From Cycas panzhihuaensis (taxonomy: Eukaryota; Plantae; Cycadophyta), in NCBI GenBank assembly GCA_023213395.1, contig CM041465.1, positions 241,187,741 through 241,251,740 on the forward strand: a DNA stretch of 64,000 bases, in the 5' to 3' direction. A program made the translations under genes and the position numbers. The notes beneath the pieces were generated by a model that had not been told where the DNA came from, ran no database searches, and worked only from the letters and a program-made list of their open reading frames with translations. Shown one piece after another: positions 1-14,227 of this stretch. Numbering within the stretch: position 1 is the stretch's first letter; each line of letters begins with the position of its first letter.

Positions 1-1170
1 GCCAGGAATGAAAATTAGTATTATGAGATTTCTTACATGGTATTTCAAATGCAAAAATATCAAAGGTGAGCATAAACATTCAACTGATTTATGTCGGCTC
101 TTAGAAATTTTAAAATAGAGATAGGTGATAATTAATATAGATTTTAATGTAAGTTTTCTAAGGAGATTCTGATAATATAATGACATTATGATAGTAGAAA
201 ATAAGCTAACAAAACCAACACACTACATTCCAAGCCACACTACTCATATTATATCAAAAATCATTTATATTTTTATGAAGGAAATTGTTAGGCTATAGTG
301 TACACCAAAATCTATTGTGCTAAAGAGAGAGATGTTATTTTTCTCTAAAATTCTAGCAATATATATTTTAAGAGTTAGTTATAAAATTAAAATTTATCAT
401 TGAATACCAACTAGAAACTAATAAATAATTAGAAAAACTTAATTAAGTACGTGAAGATATAGTCTAAGTGTATATAATAGAATAACCATCCAACTACGAG
501 AAACATCTCTACTTGGTTGAATTTGTCTATAATAACACAACTCATTCTTCCATGGATATGAGTCCTTTTGAGGTGTTATATAGTAATAGATATAACAAAT
601 CTCTTAATTAGAAAAACTTAGAGGATAGATACATGTTAGTCCTAGAAATACTACAATAAATAGAGAAACAAATGATCAAGATTAGATAGTAGCTAAATAT
701 AGCTCAAGATATCCAAACGATTTGTCAATATACAAAAAAGATAATAAGGAGTTTCAAGTTATTGATCATGTATTCCTACAAGTGAGGCCTAAGTATATCT
801 CACTTAACTTGCTTTCATGTAAAAAGTCCTCACTAAGGTATTGTGGTCCATTTGAAATTTTAGAATAAGTAGGCCAAGTCACTTCTAAGCTTTCTCTACC
901 TCCAAATCTTTAAATTCATAATGTATTTTATATTTTATTATTGATAAAATATGTGTTAGACTTGAGGTATATATTTAAATGGACTAAACTCATAGTTAGG
1001 CCAAGCTTTGACTTTAAAGAAGAATACATAAGGATCCCATATAACAGAAAAAGAGTCTTATGAAATAAAAGAATTAAGCAAGTAAAAGTGAAATGAAAGT
1101 ACTTAACATAAAAAGAGGTTATATAGAAGCTAGAAAATGACATAAAATAATAGTACTTACACCTATTTAT
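1..1170 (+). pseudogene. Decayed Ty3/Gypsy (chromovirus) integrase plus chromodomain; truncated by window start
   Basis: Interrupted translation gives PGMK..I..F...C...KGEH (Zn finger end), SPFEVLY, YCGPFEILE.VGQV..KLSLPPNL.IHNVF (GPY/F motif) and IKQVKVK(W)...EVI(W)KLEND (chromodomain). Many stops from G>A/C>T. Confidence 0.9.
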
Positions 1171-1220
1171 AGTATAATAAAGTTATATCATGAACAATAC
1201 TTTTATGAAAGGGAGATAGA

Positions 1221-1851
1221 TGTAAAGGCTTGACCCTAACTTGACCTATTACCATTCTTGGTAAGGTTGTTTCTTAATTATATATGTAAATTCATTTTAT
1301 TTCATAGCTTTGTTTGTTCTATATAATATGGAAGCTTATTTCATTCCCCACTAGGTGTGAAGATATACCATTTTTGGTTTACTAGATTAGTTAATATGTT
1401 TATGATGGGTTTGTGCTATATTAGGACATGAGGCACTTGTCTCTTTATTTTAACACATTGATCAATATAAATTTTAATATTATTTTTTACTTCTATAATA
1501 TAAAATCAATTGGGTTACTCTTATGGTCAGTACATATAGGGGAGGACATGATATAAATAAGGAGAAATCATTATAAGTAAAGGGCTATTAAAAATATAAA
1601 AATTTATGAATTATTTGGAGCATTATATTTTGTTGGCTAAGTTATATTCTATAATGATTAAATCTACCAACTTGAATATGGCATCTTTAACTTTAAAACA
1701 AGTGGTGGAAATCCTAAAATAGACACTAGATAAGAAAGATATGCAAGGTGTATGTTATAGGAATTTTCTTTCCTCCCACAATGTTAAAAAAGTGAGAGAT
1801 TAGGGTATTGTAGGTATCTTTCTTCCTATTAGTAAGACCTAGGCATGGGAA

Positions 1852-1907
<56 letters not shown>

Positions 1908-4239
1908 AAAACTGTATATTATATCAACACCTTTAAAATAAGATGTGGAAGTCCTAAAATGAACATTAGATAATAAAGTTATTGTAGTTCAAAGCTATAA
2001 GGTTTGAGGCTCATTGGTTACAAACTTAAGAAAACTCATTAAGGTGATAATTTCAAAGGGATAAAATATTATTCAAAATTATTTTTTAGCCTCTTTATAA
2101 TTATTCCATGATGATGAGTATATTGATAAGTTTCTAACAAGTGGTAGAACACCAAATTTAGACGTCATATGAGAAAGTTATCTCCATTTGAAGTTAGCCT
2201 ATTTTATATCATGACTTTCATATTAGTAGCCTCATATTGAGGCAACCATATTGAAATTTTCATATTGAGAATTTTCATGTCAAGATTTTTTTTATCAAAC
2301 TTTTTATGTCATTTTTTTTCAATGACTATGTTGACCTTAAGATAAGGAGTGAAGCCTCCATGAAAAAGTAATAGTTTACTAAAATAGCTATACCTCTCTC
2401 AATTCTTAGTCATTTTTCATACTCCATCTATTTTTTCTAATCTCTCTAACATGGATATCCATTTATATACCTACAATATAATATAGGTGATAATAATATT
2501 ATTTATTAATAAATTCCCTCAATCAAGTGAAAAATCACACTTGGGTAACCTTTTACAATTTTGGTGATATCTCATTTATTTGAAGGGGGATTTTGATGAT
2601 TCTAATTATCATGGAAGCTTTGTTCAATAGCATTCATCTATATGTAATTAAATCTAATTGAAGGACCTATAATATATGTTAATTATATTAAAATATAAAA
2701 GAGTATAATATGGTAGTTTAAAATGCAATCAACAAACCTTCACAGTTTAACTCATAACTTTTCTATCTATTAATGAAATTATCTCAAATTGGTCTTATTA
2801 GATTTATATTAAAAGTATCTATTCACTTGGATAGGTGGGGAGGCATTAAAAGACTCCTTATATAAAGATATTTTTGTTATATGGATGTGAATCCATTAAA
2901 CATTACTCCAATACAAATAACCAAATATACCATTGTAGCCACTATAGCTTAGATCATACCATAAAGCCTTGATGGATTTAATGTCAAGGCACCTACTATC
3001 CTTAAGAAGAAGAACAATCTAGATAGTAGAGGGAGGGGACATATTTGATTTTTGGGACAAAAAGAAGAAGATAAAGGAGAAGAATCACATGTTTTTAGAA
3101 GTGTGGAAGTTGGATGAAAGTGAGGCCCCAACTGAAGAGATTTTGAAGGACTTAGACTTGGATTTAGGCTAAATTTGAAGATATATTAAGCTAAGTAGAA
3201 AAATCCAACTCTCTATTTGGAAAAAAAAAATGTTTAGACATAATTTAAATGTCTTTAAAAAATGGTTACATAGTTTAAGAAAAGGGCAAGAAAGGTTGCC
3301 TTGGGTCATATTTAAAGTTTTGAATTATATTTATCTAACTCAAGTGTGAGTCCATTTCCTAGAATTTCAATTCTAGAGGAGATTATCTAGAAAGGATTTC
3401 ATCTCTTGATGACCACAACCATCCTATATAAGGGACATGATTAGTTGATGTCATAAATATATATATGTAAGTTATTACTTCAATTTCATTGGTCTATTTT
3501 AATGGTGATAAGGTATAGCTTTGACGTAGTGTTAAGAGAGTCCCCTATATGCAAGTTTTATTTATATAAAAGAATTCAAGTTAAGTGATTCTCTTGTCAT
3601 TTAAGAATTGAGTAAGTCCCCTCAGTGATTTGATAGAAATTTAGGTTAATCAAGTCCCCTTTCCTATGAGGGTTGAGTGAGTTTCCTTGAGGGTTAAGAA
3701 AATCATATTTTTGTTCATTGATTTAGAGCATGGTATAGGATACATATGTTACAAAGTAAGGTAGTCTAATGAGATTAATTTAGTGGTGTATTTATGGTAT
3801 GGAATTTCTTGATTATGTCTTGAAGGATGTATAAAATGTAGAAGAATATAATATTATAATAGTAACTATTTATAGAATTAGTACTCTAAATAAATATTTT
3901 ATGAAGGGGAAAGTTTAAGGATTATGTAAAGAGTGATACACCCATACTCCAAAGTTCATATTATATGCTTTAGCTCAAGATTGACTTTCCTCATAAGATT
4001 TCAAAAGTTTAGGTAATAAATCTATCAAAGCAACCTAGTTTGATTTCCCTTGATATCATAAAATTTATAATTTATTTTATTATTGATTATATTTCTTTGG
4101 TTTTTTGTATTTTTGCATTGCTTTCATTAATAAACAAATTTTGATTATAATAGTAAAGTACTTACGTTTGCTTGGATTTATTGCATCCATTAAGAAAACA
4201 TATCCTATTATGCAAGTTCTACTCTAATTAGGCTTTACA
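1221..4239 (+). mobile_element. ~3-kb 3' LTR of the chromovirus element
   Basis: Purine tract GAAAGGGAGATAGA directly before TGTAAAGGC at 1221. Ends TTAGGCTTTACA at 4239, an imperfect inverted match to the start. Partner LTR is outside the window. Confidence 0.7.
1854..1905. repeat. (TA)n microsatellite
   Basis: Direct reading. Confidence 0.98.
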
Positions 4240-4984
4240 AATTCAAGTCTAGGTAGTTGTTTCTAGTTTTATTAGGTAATTTTAGTGAGCTCAATTAAGG
4301 CAAAGTCATGGGTGCCTTTGGGTAGGGTTGGGAACCATGATAGATTATTTCTATCTTTTCTCCTTATTTGGATTCTCTATCTAGTTTCTATTCTAAACAC
4401 ACCCAATAGTGGATTTAGGAGCCTATTTTCATCATTTGATGCATATTTATAGTATTGATTCTCCATTTTTTAGGCCCTCCTATTATTAAGATGTATTTAA
4501 AGGAATTTATTACTTTGAATTTCTTAATTAATATTTAATTTAGAATGAAATATTATGCCTTATTTCTTATCAACTAATTTTGCAAGTTGGGAGTGTATTG
4601 AAAGATCATTTCTTTATGGGCAATAGAGCATATGGCATACTTCAGTTAGACCTAGGCTAAGTATTGAGAGCGACAGAGATAGAGTAGAGCACAAACTTCT
4701 CAATCCATTATTCAAAAAATTAACATAATCTCTAAAACATTGGTGGTGTTATAAAACACCAGGGTACTATGCCCTTGATATTTATAATTTGGGAGGCGAG
4801 CAGGAGCTTCCCTCAACCCACATAATTTTAAAATAAAATAATAATAAAGTATAAAATAAAATATACTTACCTTTATGTTGACTAAAATGGTTGGTGATAG
4901 CTCACATGCTCCCAAGGTGCTTGCACACTTTTAATAAATGGTAATGAGCATTAGGGTAACATTCTCCTCCATAATGTTCATTAC

Positions 4985-7900
4985 GTATAACTCCAAGCTT
5001 TTCTCTAAATTTATGAAACTTAATTTTTCCAAGTGCCTTTGTAAAGATGTCTACTACTTGATCTTTCACGCTGTAATAAACCAACTTAATTTTACCTACT
5101 TAGACAAGTTCCCAAATGAAATGATGCTATGTCTTGATATGTTTAGTTCTACCATGGAAGATCAGATTATATTTCATTTAAATGATGCTTTGATTATCAT
5201 ACCAAATCTTAGTAGGATTTTTTTGCTCCATCTAAAGATCATATAGAAGTCGATGTAACCACACTATTTTGCATGCATCTAAAATTGTTACCTTATACTC
5301 TACTTTTGCCATAGATAAAGAGACTGTATTCTACTTTTTAGTACTCCATGTAATAACTATTGAACCTAAGCTAAATGCATACCTAGATGTAAATTTTTTA
5401 TTATCAATATCACTTGCCTAGTTAGAATTTGTGTACCTAATCAATCTGAAGTTTAGTAAAGGTTTGTGGTATAACGCATAATTTGTTGTGCCCTTTAAAT
5501 ATCATAGAATACACTTAGTTGCTTGCTAATGAGAGGATTTAGGATCTTGAATAGACCTTAATACAACACTAATCATATGCATGATATTAGGTCATGTGGA
5601 TATCAAGTATATTAGGCCCCCAATTAACTATCTATATAATGTGGAATCCACTAGTGTAGAGTCATCAAGTTTGGATAGCTTAATATCAACTTTAGCTAGT
5701 ATAGATAAAACCTTACTCATCTTGAACTTTGGAATAAGTCTAAGGTATATTTTCTTTGAGAGCTGAAAATACCATTATCATCCTACCAAACTTCTAATCC
5801 TAGGATACAATGCATCAACCCCAAGTCAATCATTTTGAACTCTTTACACATGTTAACTTTGAATTTTTGAGAGAGGTAGGAATCATTTCCTGTATATATA
5901 AGGTCATCAACATAAAGTCCCATAATTAATATAGAATTTTCTTTAATTTTAATGTATAAATTTAGATCTAATTAAGTTTATTCAAATCCTTGGTATCTAA
6001 AATATTTGTCTATCCTAGAGTACCATGCTTTAGGTGTTTGTTTTAAACCATAAAGTGTCATTTTTAATTTATACACTTTATCTTCTTCCCCCTGACTTTG
6101 AAACCTTTTGGTTGTTGTATATATATATCTTCTTCAATGTAGCTATTAAGAAAAGAGATTTTAACATTCATTTGATGAACATCTTAGCCCTTTTGGGTGA
6201 CTAGACATAATATCATATGAACTATTTCTATCTATGCAATAGGAGTATTAGTTTCACTATAATCTATGCCCTCTTGTTGGGTATATCCTTTGGTAATAGG
6301 TCTAGATTTGTGTTTGTTAATAGATCTATATGATCTGAATTTAGTCTTATAGACCCATTTGGTTCTAATGGTTATTTTATTGGGAGTAAGATTAATAAGT
6401 TTCCATGTGTCATTTTTCAGTATAGAATTGTATTCTTCTTCAATAGCTTTCTTCCATTCATTATGAGTATCAACCTCTTCAAAAGTGTAAAGCTCATGGG
6501 TTTCCATTACTTGACTCAGAAGGGTAAAGTTAACCTTATGTAAATGAGTAGATCTTCTGTAATAGATATTGTCTAGAATGTTATCCAAGTCATGGTTTCT
6601 TTAAACCCATATAGGGAATCATTGAGGTTGAGAGTGAGAAAATAGAAAGATCTAAGTACATGTGCCTTGATTTGAGTACAACAATCAAAATATTCAAAAA
6701 ATAAAGAACATAAATAAGAAATATAATCATTCAATAGTATGGGTGAATTCACCACCCCATAGGCTCTCTCTCAGGTAGAGCTTTTACATTCATCAAAATC
6801 CAATATCAACTACAAAGGTGCAGGGTAATATTTATAGCCATCTATCAAGATTACAAAGCATTGTGATAGGTTGACTTAATGGCACAAGAGGTGTGCCTGA
6901 TCTCACTATCCAATATGATTTAATTATATAAAAGGGTCCATTAATACATTATAATCATGAGTTTACATAGACAAGAAGAAATAGAGGAGATATTACAATG
7001 TTTTAACAGAGAGGACGTTCCCTCACCACTTGGTCTTGATATATTAATATTTTACCTTGAATCCTGTCTAGGTGGCATATATGTGGACCTAGGAGATAAG
7101 TCAAAGTTTATCATAACATTCTTGCCTTTATCTTAGATACACTTTGAGTGATAATAGTCATCCTCTTTGAATACAACATCTTTACTAACCATGACCTTTC
7201 TTTCTTTGGGGTCATACACCTTATATGGTTTGGAAATATCAATATACCCAATAAACATATACTTAATGCTCTTATCATCAAGCTTGGCCCTCTTTTATTT
7301 AGGAACATGGACATAATCTAGGCATCCAAAGATTCTCAAGTGATGGATACTAGGTTCGTAACTAGTTTATGCTTCTTTAGGTATCATCCACTTAAGGACC
7401 TTGGTGGTATACCTATTTTGGAGGTAAACTATAGTGTGGACAACTTCTACCTAAAACTCATATCCCAATTTCTTGTCTTTTAGCATGCACTTAGCCATCT
7501 CAACTATGGTGTGATTCTTTTGCTCAGCAACCCCATTTTATTATGGAGTGTAGGGTTTGGTGTGTTATCTTCTAATGCCTTGATATATACAATAGGTATT
7601 AAATTTATTACAAATAAATTATCCCCTATTATCTGATCTTAATAAGAGTATCTTGTACCCACTTTACTTTTCTATAAAGGTTTTGAAGTCTATGAAACAT
7701 TGGAATGCATTTGATTTAAATTTCAAGAAATAAATCCATGTTTTTCTTATGTAATCATTAATGAATATAAGGAAATACTTTGCACTAGCTAATGATGGGA
7801 CATCCATAGGACCACAAAGATCTATATAGATTAAATAAAGTGGTCCCTTTTCACTATAACTTCCATTAGGATAACTTTTCCTATGTTATTTTACTAGGCG

Positions 7901-9566
7901 ATAACCTTCATAAATGTCCTTATCAACTTTGATTTATGGTAGCCCTTTAACCATATTCATTTTCTTCATAAGAGCTAAGCTTATGTAATTTAGGTGACCA
8001 ACTCTTTTGTGCCACATGTCACTATCTAATTTGATTGTAGTCTTCAAAGCATAGTTATCTGAGGGGGTTAAAATTAACTTGAATAGTTTATCCTTAGCAC
8101 CACTTTATTCTTTCTCTTATCCTTAATAGTGCATTCACCATTGTTAAATATGTCCTTATAGTCCTACTCCAATATCTATCCCACTGATAAAAGAATTTTC
8201 TTTGGAGTTGGAATGTAGAAAACATTGTCAAGATATCTGTCTTCATCTAAATCTATCATGATGATAACTTTGCCTCTTCTAATAGATTCATGTGAGGTAT
8301 CATCTCCAAACATGATTGAGCCCTTTCTAGTTCTATCAATGGTTTGAAATATTTGATCTTTATGAGTCATATGTGTAAAGAAATCTAAGTTAATGTACCA
8401 AAAATCCTCTCCCTTCTCATGTGCAACCAAACTTTATAGGAATAGATAATTGTTCTTTGTAGTTTCAACAACTGTATTAGCACTACCCCTTATAAGAGGG
8501 TCATTCTTGACAAAGCACCTATCCTTAGTATGGCTAACTTTATTATAAAATATACAATGAATCATATCCCTTACTCTTAGGCTAAGGCTCCTACTCCTAG
8601 GATATTCTCTATCAATGGAGGGTGTCCATCCTCTTTCCAACTATTAACCTTGATTATCCCTTTGTCTATTCTTAAGATTATTGAAGTTAGGCCTTTAAAA
8701 GTTGGCATGACTTGGATAATTTGGAAACATTGGTTTGCTTATTGATGTCTCTCTTAATTTTGATATCTTTATTAGCTAGGATATCTTTGATTTTCTCCTT
8801 GATTTCTTTAGTAGGGAGCTTGGTATCTAGGTTGATGTTCTTAATGTATCTTTTGTCTAGGATTTTGTTTCTCCCCCTTGTGGATTGGTTCGTAGATCTT
8901 AAACTTTCAACTTGGGATTTTGACTTAATCCTTGCTTTAGTTACAAGTGCATATTCTAGGGATTCACTTAAGCATTTTTTCTCCTTAACTGACATTAACA
9001 TAGCATTCAATTGTTCAATCTTTAATATACTTAGGTCTTTTAAGACTTCTATGCTTGTTTCTACTATCTCAAATCTCCTCGTTTCACTAATATACCTAAG
9101 AATCCTTTCAATAACCCTTTTCTTAGTTAGGGTTTACTAAGAGATCTCATCTAATTCACAAGGTCTTAAACCTTTATTATAAATTCATTGATAGATTCAT
9201 TGGGTATCATCTCAAATTTTTAAATCTACTCCTTAATGTTTGTAGGTTAAATGGCACTACACCTTCATAAATAATCTTCAAAATATCACATGCCTCCTTA
9301 GACTTAGATGCCTCACCAACCCTTAGAAAGATGTGGTCTTCTAAAGTATAAAAGATCAAAGTTAGAGACTCATTATCTTTCTTTACATACTCCTTATATA
9401 CTTAATTTTATGCTTTGGTTGTATTTTGACTGAGTTCTATGTAACCTCTCTTCATAATATCACATATATCTTTAGTAATGAGAATGGGTCTGATCCTCCT
9501 ACTCTAATTTAAGAAATTTAATCTATTAAATTTGGGAATTATCATGTTACCAAAACTATTTGCCAT
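4985..9566 (-). pseudogene. Copia-1 gag-pol (disrupted)
   Basis: ATG at 9566 (MANSFGNMIIPKFN..NF..W). Fragments THMT (PR), DLCGP (IN), EWKKAIEEEYNSILKNDTWKL/KGYTQQEGIDYSET and YVDD (RT), DQVVDIFTKAL (RH). Confidence 0.92.
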
Positions 9567-11084
9567 TGTATTTCAAATTAAAGTTTCATTCAAATTATTT
9601 TCCAAAGTTATAGGTTTTCCAAGTAAAATTTTGAAATGTGTCATATTCCCTAAGAAGGTTGTTAGGCTTTAAGTTTATAGTTTTCAAGGGAAGCCTTTAG
9701 TTGTTATTCTATCTAATGGCACCTACCCATTAGTGGAAAATTAGGGACCCAATAGATTAGTATGTGAGGTCTAGGCTCTATGTATCTCAATATGTGGGTT
9801 TCAAAGAAGGTGGAAGACCCCCTTAACTTATTGACAGATCTAATAGTTATGGCTTTATAAACCAAGGCACTCAGCCTCTCTAGGTCTAACCTTAGACCTC
9901 AAACTCTAATGAGGAAAGGTTTCTTACCTCAGTCTTCTACCTAATACACTTGATAGCTAATGACGTTCCTCATACAATATGAGTAGGGCAAGGGAATGTG
10001 CATGGTGGTAACTTTAAGGGTCCTAATCGTTACCCTTATAAGGCTAGAAAATTTGGAGGTTCTTTTAAGAGATTATCATATTTAATATAAAATATATATT
10101 TTATTTGTGGTCTTCTTTAGCAAATAAGGTTCATCCTTAATCAATAAATAAAAATAACATTACAATAAAATGAAAGATATATCACTTTAAATGAAATTAA
10201 TGTAAGATAAATGTTCCATTTTGAAATAAAATAAATATAAAACTAATAATCTTTCAAAATGATACAAATAAGCCTTAAAATAATATGAAATAAAAGGAAA
10301 ATAAAATAGCCTTTGAATGAGCTTATAAGCATGCAATAGGATGCACTCTAAGTGAACTTTTGAATGAAATAAAGGAACTTTAATTGAGCTTGAGATAGAC
10401 TTTAATAATAAATCATAAATCACCTTTAAATAAACCAAAGAAAGCCTAATATGAGCTTCAAGATAAAATGAACAATCTAAAAATAATCTATAAGCTTTTG
10501 AGATGCACTAAATACACTTTATATGAGACTTTAGGGTGTAAGAAAAATCCTTAAATGATCTTTAAAAAATAATCTCTAAAATGAAGTAAATTAATCCTTA
10601 AATAAGCTAAACAAGCTTGATATGAGCTTTAACATAAAATAAATGAGCTAGAAAATGAAATAGCATCTTTAAAATAAAGTTACTTAGGGTTTAGAAGACA
10701 CTTGTTTATGAAAATGGCATCCAAAGATCTTCTTCTCATTTAAGAGGTCAAATTTCACTAAAGACAATAAAATATCAGATGTGAACCTCTAAAAAGTAAG
10801 TGAAATTAGTTAAGGATGGATTAGTATCTAAACAAAATATAAATATGCTTAATATGATTAAATAGTTCAAAAATGCTAAAAAAAGCTTAGACTTAGGTCA
10901 AATAAAAGGGCTAAATTTATCAACCTTAAACTCCTATAAAATAGCCTTAAAACATAATAAAAATAGATTTAGTATATAGATTAGTGAATTAGCTTTCCAA
11001 AAAATCCAGTCGTTTGAAAAACAGACTCCTAGATCAAAAGTTATTAGCAAAATAATGAGGTCATCTCTTTGTGGCAAAAAACTA

Positions 11085-11790
11085 AACTAGGGGGGTTAAT
11101 CCCCTTTCAATAAAGCCCCTTGGTCACCTGAAGGGGGAATAGGACCACCCTCTGACTGGAAAAAGGGGCTACGAACTTGAATAATTATTAAAAAATTTAA
11201 ATTTTTAAAAATCTAAAATTATGAAATATGCCTTAATGGGTTTTCAAATTTGCCCTCAAATTTGAAAATTGAGGTTGTATGGAGCCTTAATGGAACTAAT
11301 AGCTAAGGCCAAGGGGGGGCTTACAAATATGAAAATATCTAAAATATAATTAAATTATTTAAAATCTAAAACCTTTGAAAAGGATTTAATTTAGTTTGAA
11401 ATTTTCTCCTTTTTATAAATGATCATAGTCAAGTGGAGGCATAGTTGACCACTGACTAGGGCTAGGGGCTAGCATAGAATATTTTAAAATTATATAGTCA
11501 AATATTTAAAAACCAAAAAATAATTAAAAGTAGCCTATATAGACTTGAGATCCATCCCTTTTGAGATTAAACCATAATCACGTGGGACTGCAAGAGGACC
11601 ACAAGCTAAAGCAAAGGGGGCTAGCATGTAGACTCCAAATATTATTAAATATAGAAAAATCTTTTAAAAACCAAAAATATAAAAGATAGTTAAATTAAAT
11701 TTAAAATCTACCCATTTTATAACCAAATCAAGGTCATATGATCTAAGCATATAACCATTATCCAAAAGCGAAAGGGGCTACAAATCAGTC
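11085..11790. repeat. Degenerate ~150-bp tandem repeat (about 5 units) in Copia-1 leader
   Basis: AAGGGGGCTA-like anchors at ~11163, 11311, 11464, 11614 and 11772, each followed by an AT tract ending TTTAAAAA(A/T)C(T/C)AAAA. Confidence 0.75.
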
Positions 11791-11972
11791 CTAAAAAAGA
11801 AGTCTAATTTAATTGAATTTAATCAAAACTTTTTTAAAAAATAAATATATGAATGAAACATATACATACTTTAACTAGGTAATAACCAGACAAAAATGTT
11901 GCATAAAAATTAATGAAAATTGATTAAAACAAATTAGATCGATCAACTAAAGGAGCAAAAAGAACATATGAA

Positions 11973-12073
<101 letters not shown>

Positions 12074-13738
12074 GATTGCCAACAGATCAAATGGAATAAA
12101 TAGTGAAGAATGTAGTAGACAAAGCATAGATGACTTAGATGGAGATCACACAGAGAATCCAACAAAGCACCAAATTAGGAGCAAATAAATGAATGATAAA
12201 ATCAAGAAGCTAGATATATATATATATTTTTTCAAAGAACAAAATAAAAAAAAAAAGTGAGAAAAAAAATAATAGATGGAGTGAGAGAGAGGGATACTGT
12301 ATAGTAAATATATTCTTACTATATAAATATATTTTCTTTACCTCCTGATGATGGATATAAGAGAGGGCACAAGCATTCATATGACACACAATCATGCAGA
12401 GGTAAAGGGAGAGTCCACTTAGGCTAGAAGGATGGTACACAAGGTGCTTTTGATGTCAAAATGAAGAGTAGGAGGTTATACAAAGGCTAAACCATACGAG
12501 AATACACAAGAGTTGGATGATAGGAATATAAAGGGCATACAAATATGTAGGAGGTCCATGGAGCTACTTTACAAGTACAAGCTCTAATACCAAATAAGAG
12601 CAATAGAGACAAAGTAGAGCACAAAACTTCTCAATCCATTATTCAAAAAATTAACATAATCTCCAAAATATTGGTGGTGTTAAGAAACACCAGGGTACTA
12701 CACCCTTAATATTTATAGTTTAGGAGATAGGTGAGAGCCCACCTCAACTAATATAATTTGAAAATAAAATAATAATAAAGTATAAAATAAAATATACTTA
12801 CCTTTATTCATTGATGGCTTATGGATAGCTAAAACAGTTGGTGATGGCTTGCATGCTCTCATGGCACTTGCACACTTTTAATAAATAGTAATGAACATTA
12901 GGCTAATAAGTATCGCTTAATGACATTATGTTTCCTTTATTTCAAGTTTAAATTAAAAGATAAGGAAGCCTATGGGAACCTAAGGACCACCTTTGACAAC
13001 TCCTAAGATGGAGTCTCTACCTATTTATATTATTTGGTTTGAATATAGGTATACGCTAACGAATGAAGGAAATAATATTTGCAGGAGAACAAGGCAGAAC
13101 ATATATCAAATAACCATAAACCAATATTGCATCAATACATCAATGTATCATAATCATGATAGCATAAACACAAGAAAGCATTATTGTTCAATCCATTATA
13201 GCAGAAATGAGTATTACAAATTTCTCAAATGTTAGAGGTGGTGTCTAAAGACACCAAGGTTGCACACCCCTTAATATTTATAGTTTGGGGGAGGAGGGAA
13301 ACTCCTCAACCCCTGAATTCAAAATAATATTAACTTAACTCAAATGAAACTAACTCAACTTACCTTAACTTACCTTGACATGTTGAGTATCACATGTCTA
13401 AATTGAAGATGGTTAGGTGTACAATCCTGGTTGGAAAGTGGGAGTGGAGTGATAACACTTAACTCCAACATTCTCCCCCTTAATGTCATCACGAACACTT
13501 GTATCTTTTCCTTAAACTTATGGAACTAGTACTTGAAAAAAGCTTTAAAATTCTGATCTTGATTAACATACTTTAACCTTCTTGTAAAATATATCTCTTT
13601 ACCAAGGAATGATACAAAGAAACTATAAGTAGATTATGCTCGAGTCAAGTCTGTATGTATAGATGTGGCTTTGTCTTTGTCAACTGAAACATTGAGAAAA
13701 TTTTGAATTTAAACTTTATCTTTTGTAATCTTTATGCT

Positions 13739-14227
13739 CTAAACAACTATCATATCATCAAGTTCATTCTTTGTCATATCATCACATTCATTCTTCATTA
13801 TATCATAAGATTCATCTTCATTCTCCCCCTCAAATGGAGGATCAAATCCTTGTGTAACAAGTTGGTCCTGTATTTGATCTGAATCTTCATTGGTTTTGTC
13901 ATCATGATCCACCTGTTCTGCCACCTGTCTTACATGCTCATTAAGAATATCATCAAATACATAGAAGGTATCTCCCCCATAAGTAGAAATCAATACATTC
14001 CAAACTGGTTAAAAAGTTGTTAGTTCAGAAACCTTTAAAAAAATATCATCATTCATAATGCAAAATAATAAACCTAAAACTTTATTATCTTTTCTAAAAT
14101 TTTCTTTAATGCTAAGGTCACATTCATATTATAAATACTTTAAAAGATCATGTTCAATAAAGTAAGTTTGCATGGTGTCATACCATAGTGAAAAGTTATG
14201 GCCATCAAAAATGGGGAATTGTGCCAT
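13739..14227 (-). pseudogene. Truncated Copia Gag N-terminus fused to an acidic tail
   Basis: MAQFPIFDGHNFSLW.DTMQTYFIEHDL...MNDDIFLKVSELTT..VWNVLISTYGG, then a D/E-rich ORF. A matching ORF occurs at 48563. Confidence 0.8.

Noticed and set aside
8712-9140. 142-aa Leu-rich + strand ORF
   Set aside because: Antisense shadow of the Copia-1 gag.
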